This document shows, one piece after another, positions 10,046 through 19,509 of a stretch of 64,000 nucleotides of DNA. This DNA comes from Myxococcota bacterium (lineage in GTDB: Bacteria > Myxococcota_A > SURF-8), in assembly GCA_965140415.1 (NCBI GenBank), contig OZ223209.1, positions 4,160,001-4,224,000 on the forward strand, read 5' to 3'. How positions within the stretch are numbered: position 1 is the first letter of the stretch; each line of letters starts with the position of its first letter. The position numbers and the translations under genes were made by a program. The notes beneath the pieces are model-generated. The model was given only the letters and a program-made list of their open reading frames with translations. It made no database searches and was not told the origin of the DNA.

Positions 10046-10204
10046 TCAACCATCGCACAGGTATACCGATATCGGCACGTCATGCGTGTCCGCCAACTCC
10101 TTCCCCCTCAACCAGACCTCCCGATCGTGCTGGGCAAGGTAATAATCGCAGCTGAAACAATCCAGGCCGCAGGGGGCGGTCAGTTCTTTGTAATCCATGT
10201 CCAT
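10046..10204 (-). pseudogene. Truncated DUF3795-type Cys-rich protein
   Basis: TAPCGLDCFSC...CDG then TGA where the family has CxGC; no recognisable C-terminal half. Confidence 0.65.
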
Positions 10205-10212
10205 TTCCTTTC

Positions 10213-11052
10213 CTATTTCCGAGATGCTACGATGGCGAAAGTGTCGGATTCGGGGTCTAACGGATTTCCGCAAACATTGCCCAATAGTTCTACAACTCTG
10301 AATCCGTACTCTGAAAGTTCGGCTTCGATCATTTCGGGACGGAAGTGTTGCAACCAATTGTAAACGGTTCGTTTGCGTGACTTTTCGATGATCGTGTATT
10401 TGTCTAGGATCACTTTTTCAGGTTCATATTTGAATGTGTTTACAAAACCGAAGTAATCATCCGGCGACCAGAAGCTGTTTAACTGGTTGAGCTCATAGGT
10501 GGCGGACTCCTCTCGTTGCTCAAACAAATTTAGCGAATGCACGTCAAACAGAAACATGCCGCCCGGAACCAGTACGCCGGAAATCCTCTCTAACAGTAGT
10601 TTCCTTTGTTTCGGGCTGAGAACGCAGTAGTCACACATAATCATCATGGCTAGATCGAAGCGTTCTTCTGTTGCGAATTCGAGATAGTTTTGATGGATGT
10701 AATTGATCGCCAAGCCTTCATTTGAGGCGATCGATTTGGCGTATTCCAGCGAGTGTCTGGAAAAATCTAGGCCTGTCACTGTAGCTCCAAGCTTGGCTAA
10801 TCGTGTGGTGTACAATCCCGGCCCGCATCCAAAATCAACGATTCTGGTTTCTGCGCCTACGGAAAAACGAGTGCCTATCCAACTTACGGAGTTGTCGATG
10901 AATGCAGGATTTCTCGAAGAGAGATCGATTTCTTCATTTAAGTGATACTTCAGCATCTGTTTCGAGGTGTATTCATCGGTCCACAGGTCTTCAGCGGTGT
11001 AAATCGAGAAAGGTTCTGGTCTGCTATTGATATTTTTGAGTTGTTCAAACAT
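10213..11052 (-). CDS. Class I SAM-dependent methyltransferase
   Basis: IVDFGCGPGLY motif I; VTGLDFS; LVPGGMFLFDV. Confidence 0.9.
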   Translation of the reverse strand: MFEQLKNINSRPEPFSIYTAEDLWTDEYTSKQMLKYHLNEEIDLSSRNPAFIDNSVSWIGTRFSVGAETRIVDFGCGPGLYTTRLAKLGATVTGLDFSRHSLEYAKSIASNEGLAINYIHQNYLEFATEERFDLAMMIMCDYCVLSPKQRKLLLERISGVLVPGGMFLFDVHSLNLFEQREESATYELNQLNSFWSPDDYFGFVNTFKYEPEKVILDKYTIIEKSRKRTVYNWLQHFRPEMIEAELSEYGFRVVELLGNVCGNPLDPESDTFAIVASRK

Positions 11053-11087
11053 TCTATTTTAATCCTCTGTGTCTGAGAGCACGATTT

Positions 11088-11981
11088 TTAGTCCAACACC
11101 GTCACCGCGGCCAGACGCCGAGGGACGGTCTTTCGATACTTATATTTCGAATAACCCAGCGAAAGGCTGGCGTAAACTTCCCGGTTTTCCGGCAATCCGA
11201 TCAAATCCCTCAGTTCGCTCGACCGATTGATGACGGGGCCGATCAGACCGTTGAAAAAACCCTCGACACCGAGCGATCGAGCCAGGAGCATGGAAAACGA
11301 AGCGGCGATCCAGCAGTTGTCTTGAGCAGAAGGTTCCGACACATTCGAATGAAAGAAAATCATGAGGGGACAGTCACGCGTGATTTCATTTCCTTTGCCC
11401 TCTTTGAACCACTTGATGTACCAGCGCATACCGGGCATGACGAAATCCGTCAGCGTATTGATCCGCGCCTTTCCAACGGACATCTTCATAAGGAGACGGA
11501 TCATCGGGTTGGCCAGGTTCTTATCCAAGTCTTCGTATGCGCCGATGGCGCCATTGCCGATCTCTTTCAAAAGGTCCGGGTTACTGACAGCGATTACGCC
11601 AAGACTGTTTTTTCCGGAGCCGGTCGGTGATATGTGTGCGGCTTCGATGATCCTATCGATGGTTTCTCGCTCCACCGGCTTATTCGAATAGCGTCGTACC
11701 GAACGCCGATTTTTCATCAATTGCAGAAACTCGTTCGGATCGACATGGCTTTCTTCAACCGGACGAAAGCTTTCCATATCGAGCGCATCAATGGTTATCG
11801 AATCTGTCGGACAAACAGTAACGCATTGCCCACAGGCTGCACACAGTTCGGCGCGTTCGGCAGATACGACCGTCTCCTTCTTGCCGCTTACTTCCCGAAC
11901 TTCGGGAATATGACGCGGGCAAATGACGGAGCAAATCCCACAAGATTTACAGGTTTCCTGATTTATCGTAATCGGATTCAT
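11088..11981 (-). CDS. Nitroreductase-family protein with N-terminal 2x[4Fe-4S] domain
   Basis: CKSCGICSVICP and CAACGQCVTVCP; RRSVRRY; SPTGSG. Confidence 0.9.
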   Translation of the reverse strand: MNPITINQETCKSCGICSVICPRHIPEVREVSGKKETVVSAERAELCAACGQCVTVCPTDSITIDALDMESFRPVEESHVDPNEFLQLMKNRRSVRRYSNKPVERETIDRIIEAAHISPTGSGKNSLGVIAVSNPDLLKEIGNGAIGAYEDLDKNLANPMIRLLMKMSVGKARINTLTDFVMPGMRWYIKWFKEGKGNEITRDCPLMIFFHSNVSEPSAQDNCWIAASFSMLLARSLGVEGFFNGLIGPVINRSSELRDLIGLPENREVYASLSLGYSKYKYRKTVPRRLAAVTVLD

Positions 11982-12286
11982 GACAGAGCCTTTCTTTCTG
12001 GATATATGGCTGGCCGTTTGTGATGGCTTATCTCTACTTCAGACGGACTATTGTATGCGTGAGCATTCTTCCTGATCCTGCACGACCTACAGAAATCGAA
12101 ACACACTCCATTTGTGGATCTGCAACCATCGCAGGTCATGCCTTTTCGGGTTTCATCAGAGCCGAATGTTTCCTTGAAAAACGCGACGGCCTTCTCCCTG
12201 TCCTTTCCGTGACTCGTGCGACTATGACGATAAGCGGGGCATTTTCCGCAATCCACGCCGCAGTATCCAATGTGCTGCGCGCTCAT
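11978..12286 (-). CDS. DUF3795-type Cys-rich protein (C-terminus possibly degenerate)
   Basis: IGYCGVDCGKCPAY...CDGCRS...C..FC..C.IR; ATG at 12286 overlaps the upstream stop. Confidence 0.7.
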   Translation of the reverse strand: MSAQHIGYCGVDCGKCPAYRHSRTSHGKDREKAVAFFKETFGSDETRKGMTCDGCRSTNGVCFDFCRSCRIRKNAHAYNSPSEVEISHHKRPAIYPERKALS

Positions 12287-13179
12287 ATCTGCTCCATTTC
12301 TGCTCTTCCTTCTGAAGACCATTCGTTGGATAGTTGCTCGTAGTGATCGAAAAGTTTGTGTTTGCCATGTTTAGGTGCGACAACATCGTTCAGCATCATT
12401 GTTGTAAAAAACGCCAGCAATTCACCCTGGTGCCGATTGAAGAGGCGAGTAATCGCCACGATGGCCTTCATCAGCCAAGCAGGAGTAGAGCTGATTTTGG
12501 GTTTGGTGTCCAGAGCCTTGAATGCTGTCTCCGCCATTTGCCGGTATGTCATGATCTCCGGCCCTCCAACGTTGATCTCGACGTCAGTGCTATCCACTGC
12601 GTCGACACAGACTTTTGCCAAATCGGCTCCGTGGATCGGGTTCATGCGATTCTCTCCCGAGCCAACCAGCCAAACCCGGCCTTTCTTCGCCATATCGAGA
12701 AACTCCCCCATGTCGGAGAAATACCCGGTGGGTCGAACGATGGTGTAATCGAGGCCGGATTTTTCAAGCTCGGCCACGAAATCCTCATGTGCCTTTACGA
12801 TATCCAGATGGAGTAGGTTGGGACCGTTGAGCACGGACACGTAGATGAACTTCCTAACTCCCGCTCGTTTAGCTTCAATGAGTAAATTCAGGTTACCCTG
12901 GTAGTCGACATCTTGAAAGGTCAGTCCGTCTTTTTGGCGTGTGATACCAAGGGAAGAAAACACCACATCGATTCCTTTGCATACGCCAAACAATGACTCC
13001 GGTTCGGTGACTTTAGCCTGGAATATCTCATCGGGCTGGGTGCTGAGCGCCGCCAGCTTCTCCGCCGAACGTGCCAGGGCGCGGACGTAATTACCGCGCC
13101 TCTTAAATTCTTCGACAGCATGTCCACCGAGATAGCCGGTAGCTCCAGCGACCAGGATGTGATTTGTGTTGGGGTTCAT
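12283..13179 (-). CDS. Atypical SDR / NAD(P)H-binding (NmrA-like) oxidoreductase
   Basis: ILVAGATGYLG; VDYQGNLNL; YTIVRPTGYF. Confidence 0.9.
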   Translation of the reverse strand: MNPNTNHILVAGATGYLGGHAVEEFKRRGNYVRALARSAEKLAALSTQPDEIFQAKVTEPESLFGVCKGIDVVFSSLGITRQKDGLTFQDVDYQGNLNLLIEAKRAGVRKFIYVSVLNGPNLLHLDIVKAHEDFVAELEKSGLDYTIVRPTGYFSDMGEFLDMAKKGRVWLVGSGENRMNPIHGADLAKVCVDAVDSTDVEINVGGPEIMTYRQMAETAFKALDTKPKISSTPAWLMKAIVAITRLFNRHQGELLAFFTTMMLNDVVAPKHGKHKLFDHYEQLSNEWSSEGRAEMEQI

Positions 13180-13222
13180 CGATTTTTCCTAAGCATAGTG
13201 ACTCGGCAATAAGGAATCGCTG

Positions 13223-13765
13223 TCATCTTTTGACACCGGGATTGATTTTCAAGTCACGAAGATTTTTAAGATACTTGGTTATCTCGGTATTTGGCAGAAT
13301 CTCATAAGATACCGTGCCAGGTGCGGCGCGCTTGGTCATGAGTTTGAATATAAAGCTGTCCGGATATCGCTCGGCTGCCTCTCGTGAAGACCACTGGTAA
13401 ATCCCTTGGAACTCATTTGTGCTTTCGTTGATTGTCCAATCCTTCTGCCGGAATCCTTCCATGCCCATCAGAAACGGCGCTGGAATGATCGAGAGCCGCT
13501 GGTTTGCCCCGGAACTGAGATCCTTGAATTTGAACCTGACCTTGAAAACCGCAAGGTTGTCCGGGTTGTCACCCGAACCATCGACTTTCAGCGTCCGAAA
13601 CACGGTAAACGTCTGCCCGTCTTCCATGGTCAATACTTTGCCCACGTATTGTTCGGGGAAATGGATGTTCCCGCTCAATAGATTCCATATGGAGGTTCTT
13701 CCGATGATCAATCCGGCTATCAGCAAAACGCCCCCGACGATAAGTATTACTTTCCTGTATTTCAT
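13223..13765 (-). CDS. Membrane-anchored YdhR-like (dimeric alpha/beta barrel) protein
   Basis: N-terminal TM segment; GFRQKDW......FQGIYQWSSREAAERY pattern. Confidence 0.55.
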   Translation of the reverse strand: MKYRKVILIVGGVLLIAGLIIGRTSIWNLLSGNIHFPEQYVGKVLTMEDGQTFTVFRTLKVDGSGDNPDNLAVFKVRFKFKDLSSGANQRLSIIPAPFLMGMEGFRQKDWTINESTNEFQGIYQWSSREAAERYPDSFIFKLMTKRAAPGTVSYEILPNTEITKYLKNLRDLKINPGVKR

Positions 13766-13856
13766 TTTTCACACCTTGTCAGTTCAAGGTTGTTGAGGTA
13801 ACCGGTAGCTCCAGTCACCAGAATGTGATTTGTGCTGGAATTCATCGGTTTATCCT
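13762..13856 (-). repeat. Diverged duplicate of the SDR gene 5' end, encoding a 27-aa ORF
   Basis: 13795-13856 matches 13129-13190 at 52/62 nt. ORF 13845-13762 reads MNSSTNHILVTGATGYLNNLELTRCEK. Confidence 0.85.
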
Positions 13857-13857
13857 T

Positions 13858-14805
13858 TCAGCCGGAAAAGCAGGCAAGCAAACCATCCATGTTTGGAGTT
13901 TCCACGCCCGACATCTTTTTGATCGCCGAAAACTCTTCATTCAAGGCTCTGAATTCGTCACCGATAACTTTAACATGGAGCCCGAATCCCACTTCAGCGA
14001 AACGCGAGGAAAACATCTTCCGAAACACTTTCGGGGCAATCCAGAGTGGCAGCCAGTAGAACAGATTGAAAACGGGCGGCTGGCGTTTTGTGTAACCGAC
14101 TTTTGCAAGCACATTTCCGGCTTCACGACAGGCCAGGACATACTTGCGGAGTCCATCATTATCCTCTGCAGCCTTTTTAAGGTCACCATTGTGTTTGAAA
14201 ATCAGGCCTACGGTCGGACCCATGAAGGCGAAATGGTATTTCAGCCAGCCGTCCATGTTTTGCTCAAGGCTTACAGGCAGACAGGCGCTCTCGAAAAACT
14301 TTTGGAGAACTTGCATCCGATCCGTAATGCCGACTTCAAGCTCACCTAAAAAAAGCTTGCCTCTTTTACCTTCTGGCTTCTCCTTGTCCACGAAGACCAG
14401 GTCATCACCGTCCCATCCTCCACCGCCACCGGGGAATCCCAGCAGCACCTTGTCTTTGGGCAGTTGCTCGCAATATCGTTCAAACCCCGATACATCATTA
14501 CCCATGACAAGAACCATTTTGAGATGCTTGTTCGCAGACAGGATGGGACAGATTTTCTCTCGATTGATTTTGTTCATGGTGACAATAATGAGATCGTAGC
14601 GATCTTCCGGAGCCAAGTGATCTGTCAGTTTCACCTGGGCAGTTTCTTTTTCTCCGGTGAATCCATCTGTGAGCGTAATCCCATGTCTTTGAAGGTTATT
14701 ATAGGTTTCATTTCTGGCAAGCAGCGTCACATCCTTGCCGCCTTGCTGCAGGCGTAGTGCCAGCCATTGTCCAATCGGTCCTGAGCCGTAAATCAAAGTA
14801 TTCAT
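13858..14805 (-). CDS. Ketopantoate reductase (PanE/ApbA) family protein
   Basis: MNTLIYGSGPIG Rossmann motif; VTLLAR; YDLIIVT; start overlaps the upstream stop. Confidence 0.8.
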   Translation of the reverse strand: MNTLIYGSGPIGQWLALRLQQGGKDVTLLARNETYNNLQRHGITLTDGFTGEKETAQVKLTDHLAPEDRYDLIIVTMNKINREKICPILSANKHLKMVLVMGNDVSGFERYCEQLPKDKVLLGFPGGGGGWDGDDLVFVDKEKPEGKRGKLFLGELEVGITDRMQVLQKFFESACLPVSLEQNMDGWLKYHFAFMGPTVGLIFKHNGDLKKAAEDNDGLRKYVLACREAGNVLAKVGYTKRQPPVFNLFYWLPLWIAPKVFRKMFSSRFAEVGFGLHVKVIGDEFRALNEEFSAIKKMSGVETPNMDGLLACFSG

Positions 14806-15425
14806 GATTGTTCTCTTTCTTTTTTGATGTAGCCCCAGGCTTTGGCAACAACTGGATTCCGCCTGAAGAACAGCTCGCGTTTTGACTCTGGCACATGGTT
14901 CAGCGGGCAAGCGAAATTCATGCATTGGGAGCAAAGGAACATTTTCAGGGTAGTAAAGAAACCTGTGGCTAGAAGAACGTATATTCCAAGCATGAACCAA
15001 AGTTCACTCATGACGAGGAATACTAGCGGGTAGCCCCACACAACTGCAAAACCGGCCAAGAATACTGTTTTTTCGATAAACGACATGGGACCGGGTCGAT
15101 ATTTCCACAGTTTGGGTGAACCATGATTGGCCCAGCACGATAGCGTCTTGCCTTCTTCTGCGTAGTGCGGACAGTGGGAACACATCACACGGATTTCGAT
15201 GAAATTAAAGTACAGGATAATTATCCCAATCCAAACAACCAGCGGAACCCAGCCGATACTGAAGATACCCCACCCTCCTAAAAGGAATGCCGGAAAACTT
15301 ATCAAGTAGAAATGCAAAAGTTCCTTTTTACTGAAATGACAATGCACTGAATCGGCTGTGGGACAGCTATTGCAATTCGATGCCTTGCAGGTCGAGATAG
15401 GTTTCGTTTCTTCTAAAAATGCCAT
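14802..15425 (-). CDS. Membrane protein with Cys motifs
   Basis: Four TM segments; CSHCPHY and CSQCMNFACPLN. Confidence 0.75.
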   Translation of the reverse strand: MAFLEETKPISTCKASNCNSCPTADSVHCHFSKKELLHFYLISFPAFLLGGWGIFSIGWVPLVVWIGIIILYFNFIEIRVMCSHCPHYAEEGKTLSCWANHGSPKLWKYRPGPMSFIEKTVFLAGFAVVWGYPLVFLVMSELWFMLGIYVLLATGFFTTLKMFLCSQCMNFACPLNHVPESKRELFFRRNPVVAKAWGYIKKEREQS

Positions 15426-15427
15426 GA

Positions 15428-15733
15428 TTAGCCTCTCTTTCCACTGTTAGAAACGAGTTCGTTGATATTTTCACTGTCAAACTCGACCCACACCGAATGG
15501 TTGACCAATCCCAGCTCTTTTAAAAGCGTCGCCAGGGTTTTGCCTTTTTCAGACACTTTCAGGATTGATGTTTGATGATGCAGGTGAATGGTCATGTCTG
15601 TCTCAACTGAGTAATGTCTGTAGATACTGAAATTCTCCAGTCCCAGATTGTTTGCATATTCATGGATCTGCGAAACAATCTCTTTGTTTGGTTCCTGCGA
15701 AAGCCGTATTCGGATGACTTCAACGATGTTCAT
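15428..15733 (-). CDS. Hypothetical protein
   Basis: 101-aa ORF packed tightly into the operon, with GAGG upstream. Confidence 0.7.
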   Translation of the reverse strand: MNIVEVIRIRLSQEPNKEIVSQIHEYANNLGLENFSIYRHYSVETDMTIHLHHQTSILKVSEKGKTLATLLKELGLVNHSVWVEFDSENINELVSNSGKRG

Positions 15734-15750
15734 ATCTCATTTCCTCTCTT

Positions 15751-16449
15751 TCACCAGTTGCCAATCACGCGGCGGATTTCTTTGATCTCGGATTTCATTG
15801 ATTTTTGTGTCGTGCGATTCATGATGAATGTCGGGACGTGCATTACCAGCTCGATGCTGGTACGTTGAATCAACAAGGTTCGTGTCCCGTTTTCGATGGA
15901 GAACAGTTTGTAGTATCCTGACAATTCTTCGAAATCTCCGCCCACTAATTCCCATTCAATGAACTTGTCTTGATAGTGAAGATAGTTCAGATCTACTGAT
16001 ACGGTTTTCACGCCATAGTTGAAAATCTCGCTGACTTTTGCCATGTTTCTATCCCACTCGGCATGAATGGATTCGAGGTTGGAATTGATTTGAGTTCGAA
16101 GCGGATAATCTTTAAGAACGGCCATTACCTGTTGACGCGGGGCATTGATGACGGCCACACACTCATAGTGTCGTGACCCATCTAATTCAGGTAAGGTTCC
16201 GGTACGGATCTCTCCATTTAGAAGGGCTCTCCATGCTTCCTCGCTGAACTCGGGCATTGATCCGAGCTTTTCCGGGGCTAAAGAAATTTCGTCAGTTAGA
16301 GGGAGGGGGGCAAATTGCGGATTGGGGAGGGAAGCATGGCACGTTTGCGAGTGAAGCATGGAGAGTATAAGAATTATGGAAAGTAAAAGGACTGCGATCA
16401 TCAAGTCCTTCATTGAATCCCTGTTGTGCAAGCTATTATTTTTCATCAT
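15751..16449 (-). CDS. Secreted SRPBCC/START-like protein
   Basis: Signal segment; INAPRQQVMAVLKDY...IEWELVGGDF..LSGYYKL; first gene after a sigma54 promoter. Confidence 0.7.
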   Translation of the reverse strand: MMKNNSLHNRDSMKDLMIAVLLLSIILILSMLHSQTCHASLPNPQFAPLPLTDEISLAPEKLGSMPEFSEEAWRALLNGEIRTGTLPELDGSRHYECVAVINAPRQQVMAVLKDYPLRTQINSNLESIHAEWDRNMAKVSEIFNYGVKTVSVDLNYLHYQDKFIEWELVGGDFEELSGYYKLFSIENGTRTLLIQRTSIELVMHVPTFIMNRTTQKSMKSEIKEIRRVIGNW

Positions 16450-16493
16450 CTCACCTCATTATTTTGTCAGCATCGTAACTGAGTGAGAGACTC

Positions 16494-16509
16494 TGCTTAG
16501 ATCGTGCCA
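16494..16509 (-). promoter_or_regulatory. sigma54 (-24/-12) promoter
   Basis: Minus strand TGGCACGATCTAAGCA (GG-N10-GC), divergent from an enhancer-binding protein gene. Confidence 0.8.
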
Positions 16510-16561
16510 AAACTTAAAGCTCCGTGATTTCATGTAGATACAATTTCACCCCAGGCAAACA

Positions 16562-16627
16562 TTCCAAATACGGCAGATAATTGCCTGTCAAATACGGCAT
16601 GATCGTGCTATGGTGCCAAATACGGCA
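16562..16627. promoter_or_regulatory. Three putative enhancer (UAS) sites
   Basis: CAAATACGGCA exact at 16565, 16589 and 16617; the third is TGCC-N6-GGCA. Confidence 0.7.
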
Positions 16628-16657
16628 CCAATTCAATTCTGGAAAAGGCAGGCCACG

Positions 16658-18757
16658 ATGATCAATGAAAACGACTTCTTCCGGCAGGCGACACTGAAGA
16701 TTTGCGGAAACCTGGCAATCGAACAAGCGCTCCATGAGGCTTTGCTCTACATTGGCCGATATATCCCAATAGACGTCTTTTTCTTGGAATACTTCGATCC
16801 TGAATCAAACTCCGCCCGAACCATCGCGAGAGCCGACGGTAACGGCGGTGTTCCACTTGATCTGGTCACCCCAATTCCAGCCGATGCACGTGAGCATCGT
16901 GACTTTAAAGCAACGGCTGTGCTTGGCAAAGCCATGATTCTTAATCACTGTGAAGAGAATCACATGGCGACGACGATGCTTCGTTTTCATAACTATGATG
17001 AAAAAAGCACCTCTTTAATCACCATGCAATTGATAGGTGAAGGTGAGGTATTCGGTGGCTTGGTGGCTATTGCCGAAAAGCGAGATGCATTCACAGATGA
17101 ACATGCTCAGCTAATTTCATCTCTTTCGAAACCTTTTTCCATTGCCATGGCGAATGCCCTTCACCACCGAGATGTTCTACTAACCAAAGATCGCCTGGTC
17201 GATGAAAACGAGTTTTTCCGTAACATGACCATGCACATCTGCGGAAATCTCGTTCTGGAAGATGGGCTTCATGCATGTATGGAATACCTGACGAACCACA
17301 TTCCCGGATATGCCATCTATCTACAGCAATATGACCCGGGGTTGGGAGCGATGCGTCTCGTGTCCCGCGCCACGATGAACAAGGGGGAGCGGCTGGACCG
17401 GCTGGTGCCGATGTCCGATACGGCAAAGGCAGCCATGACACGGATTTGGGAGGGCTACCTTGCCGGAAACATGCCGCCCGTGTTCGTGGTCAACGATCCG
17501 AAACAGCAACCGGTGACCATGAGCATGCTGGAAGCGCTGGACCTGCCGCTGTCCTCAGCCTTGAGCCTGCCGCTGCTTGTCAACGATCAGCCAGTAGGGG
17601 CTTTGGTGCTGCTGGCCGAGGGCGAGAACCGGTTCAGTGAGGAACATATCCGGCTCTATAGCACTCTCAAAGTTCCGTTTTTCATCGCCATGTCCAATAC
17701 GCTTAAACATATGGAAGTACTGAAGCTAAAAGATATGCTGGCGGATGATAACCGCTTCTTACAACGCGAAATACACAGGATGACCGGTGATGATATCATC
17801 GGAAGTGACTTTGGTTTGAAGCATGTTATGGACATGGTACGACAGGTTGCTCCTTTGGATAGTCCGGTTCTTCTTATGGGAGAAACAGGTGTCGGCAAAG
17901 ACGTAATCGCTAATGCGATCCATTTCTCTTCACCCCGCAATGACAAACCCTTTATCGCGGTTAACAGTGGAGCCATACCGGATTCATTGCTGGACAGCGA
18001 GCTATTCGGTCATGAAAAAGGAGCATTCACCGGAGCACTCAAACAGAAGCGTGGCCGTTTCGAACGTGCAGATAAGGGAACGATCTTTCTAGATGAAATC
18101 GGCGAGCTACCGCCCCAGGCGCAGATACGGCTGCTTCGAGTGGTGCAAAACCGGGAAATTGAACGCGTGGGTGGGACGGATACGATTCCCATAGATGTCC
18201 GTATCATCGCAGCCACCCACAGAAGCCTGGAGGATATGGTCGCCGCTGGTCAGTTTCGTGAAGATCTTTGGTTCAGGCTAAACGTATTTCCGATAACCAT
18301 CCCACCGTTACGCGAGCGCACAGAAGATATTCCCGCGCTGGTCCACCACTTCATCGAAAGCAAATCGAACCAGCTCAGGCTTCCACCTGGAATGAAGTGT
18401 GCATCAGGTGAAATGAATCGCCTGATGGCCTACCACTGGCCGGGAAACGTGCGAGAACTGGAAAATGTTGTCGAGCGAGCATTGATTTTGCACCCACAAG
18501 GACCATTATCATTCAATCTGCAAACAGAACAGAAGAGAGAATCTGAAGTTCCGAAAAAGGTGTCCATTACAACTGATGCATATTCTGGTTTGACGAAATT
18601 GGACGATGTTATTTCGCATCACATCAAGCATATCTTGGGAAACACCAATGGTAAGGTCCAAGGGAAAGATGGCGCAGCCGCATTGCTTGGCGTGAATCCG
18701 AGTACACTTCGAAATAAAATGAAGAAACTTGGGATACCGTATGGTATAAATCAGTAG
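16658..18757 (+). CDS. sigma54-dependent transcriptional activator with two GAF-like domains (FhlA-like)
   Basis: GETGVGKD, ELFGHEKGAFTGA, FLDEIGE, WPGNVRELEN and a Fis-type HTH; duplicated N-terminal ENxFFR...ICGNL unit. Confidence 0.95.
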   Translation: MINENDFFRQATLKICGNLAIEQALHEALLYIGRYIPIDVFFLEYFDPESNSARTIARADGNGGVPLDLVTPIPADAREHRDFKATAVLGKAMILNHCEENHMATTMLRFHNYDEKSTSLITMQLIGEGEVFGGLVAIAEKRDAFTDEHAQLISSLSKPFSIAMANALHHRDVLLTKDRLVDENEFFRNMTMHICGNLVLEDGLHACMEYLTNHIPGYAIYLQQYDPGLGAMRLVSRATMNKGERLDRLVPMSDTAKAAMTRIWEGYLAGNMPPVFVVNDPKQQPVTMSMLEALDLPLSSALSLPLLVNDQPVGALVLLAEGENRFSEEHIRLYSTLKVPFFIAMSNTLKHMEVLKLKDMLADDNRFLQREIHRMTGDDIIGSDFGLKHVMDMVRQVAPLDSPVLLMGETGVGKDVIANAIHFSSPRNDKPFIAVNSGAIPDSLLDSELFGHEKGAFTGALKQKRGRFERADKGTIFLDEIGELPPQAQIRLLRVVQNREIERVGGTDTIPIDVRIIAATHRSLEDMVAAGQFREDLWFRLNVFPITIPPLRERTEDIPALVHHFIESKSNQLRLPPGMKCASGEMNRLMAYHWPGNVRELENVVERALILHPQGPLSFNLQTEQKRESEVPKKVSITTDAYSGLTKLDDVISHHIKHILGNTNGKVQGKDGAAALLGVNPSTLRNKMKKLGIPYGINQ

Positions 18758-18859
18758 ATTTTGTATTATCAGGTCGCGTTTCAATTCTGTGAGCTAAAAG
18801 AAGAGGCTCGCACCTCTTCCTGGGAACATTGTTCACTCAGCCAATCGCATGATTTACAC

Positions 18860-18975
18860 CATTCACAAAGCCGCTCTTGGGCTAGACGGTGAATGCGGTC
18901 TTTCAGTTCAGCTGCCGCCTTTTCCGTAAATGTGAATGCAACGATGTTAGCCGGCGATGATCGAGCAGATGACCA
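18860..18975 (-). pseudogene. Remnant of a UvrD/REP helicase gene
   Basis: PANIVAFTFTEKAAAELKDRI (motif Ia) in isolation. Confidence 0.7.
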
Positions 18976-19219
18976 CAACGCCGATCATCGTCTGCATCGG
19001 TCAGGGCCATAACGAACATTATCAGATACGCAGTACGTTTCATTTGCTTCTGCCGATAGTTTCGGATGATGAAAACAGTATTTTCCAGTGGTGCAGAATT
19101 ACCACAAGGTTCTAATTTACTCAAATGTTATCACGAAACGGTATCGGACACCGAATGTCAAGACAGCGAAAAACAGCAACTACAAATCCCGTTCTCATCC
19201 CTCCCGAAACATGCTTTTC

Positions 19220-19509
19220 TGCAACTTTGTCAATATTTGTCAACGAGGCACAAAAAAAGGTTACGCCGAGCTGACGTAACCTACTGAAATCATGGAGCCA
19301 ACGAGCGGATTCGAACCGCTGACCTGCTGATTACGAATCGTATATGACCCCATTATTTAGGCAAAGAGTAAGTTCTTGTAATTACTAATTTTACACGTAA
19401 TATCAGTCAGTTAAAATAAAATTAGTCTGACCTGTAGGTATGAAATGTTCAGTCAAAACCTGCCAATTCCAGCCATTTTCTTTGCAGTTTTGTCAAGATT
19501 TGTCAACGA
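19220..19509 (-). mobile_element. attP-like integration site: tRNA-Thr(CGT) 3' half with arm-type repeats on both sides
   Basis: Core 19293-19339 reads GATTCGTAATCAGCAGGTCAGCGGTTCGAATCCGCTCGTTGGCTCCA on the minus strand, with no 5' half. 27-nt direct repeats at 19220-19246 and 19483-19509 (24/27). IHF-like TATCAGTCAGTTA at 19401-19413. Confidence 0.8.
19252..19281 (-). terminator. Intrinsic terminator downstream of the tRNA fragment
   Basis: GGTTACG/CGTAACC stem followed by T7 on the minus strand. Confidence 0.7.

Noticed and set aside
10020-10048. Selenocysteine at the TGA in the CxGC position of the DUF3795 fragment
   Set aside because: Only seven codons (AFGCAGI) follow before TAA and they do not resemble the family's C-terminus; truncation is simpler.
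19293-19339. Intact tRNA-Thr(CGT)
   Set aside because: Only the anticodon loop to CCA is present; the upstream sequence cannot form the D-arm or the 5' acceptor strand (GCCAACG expected).
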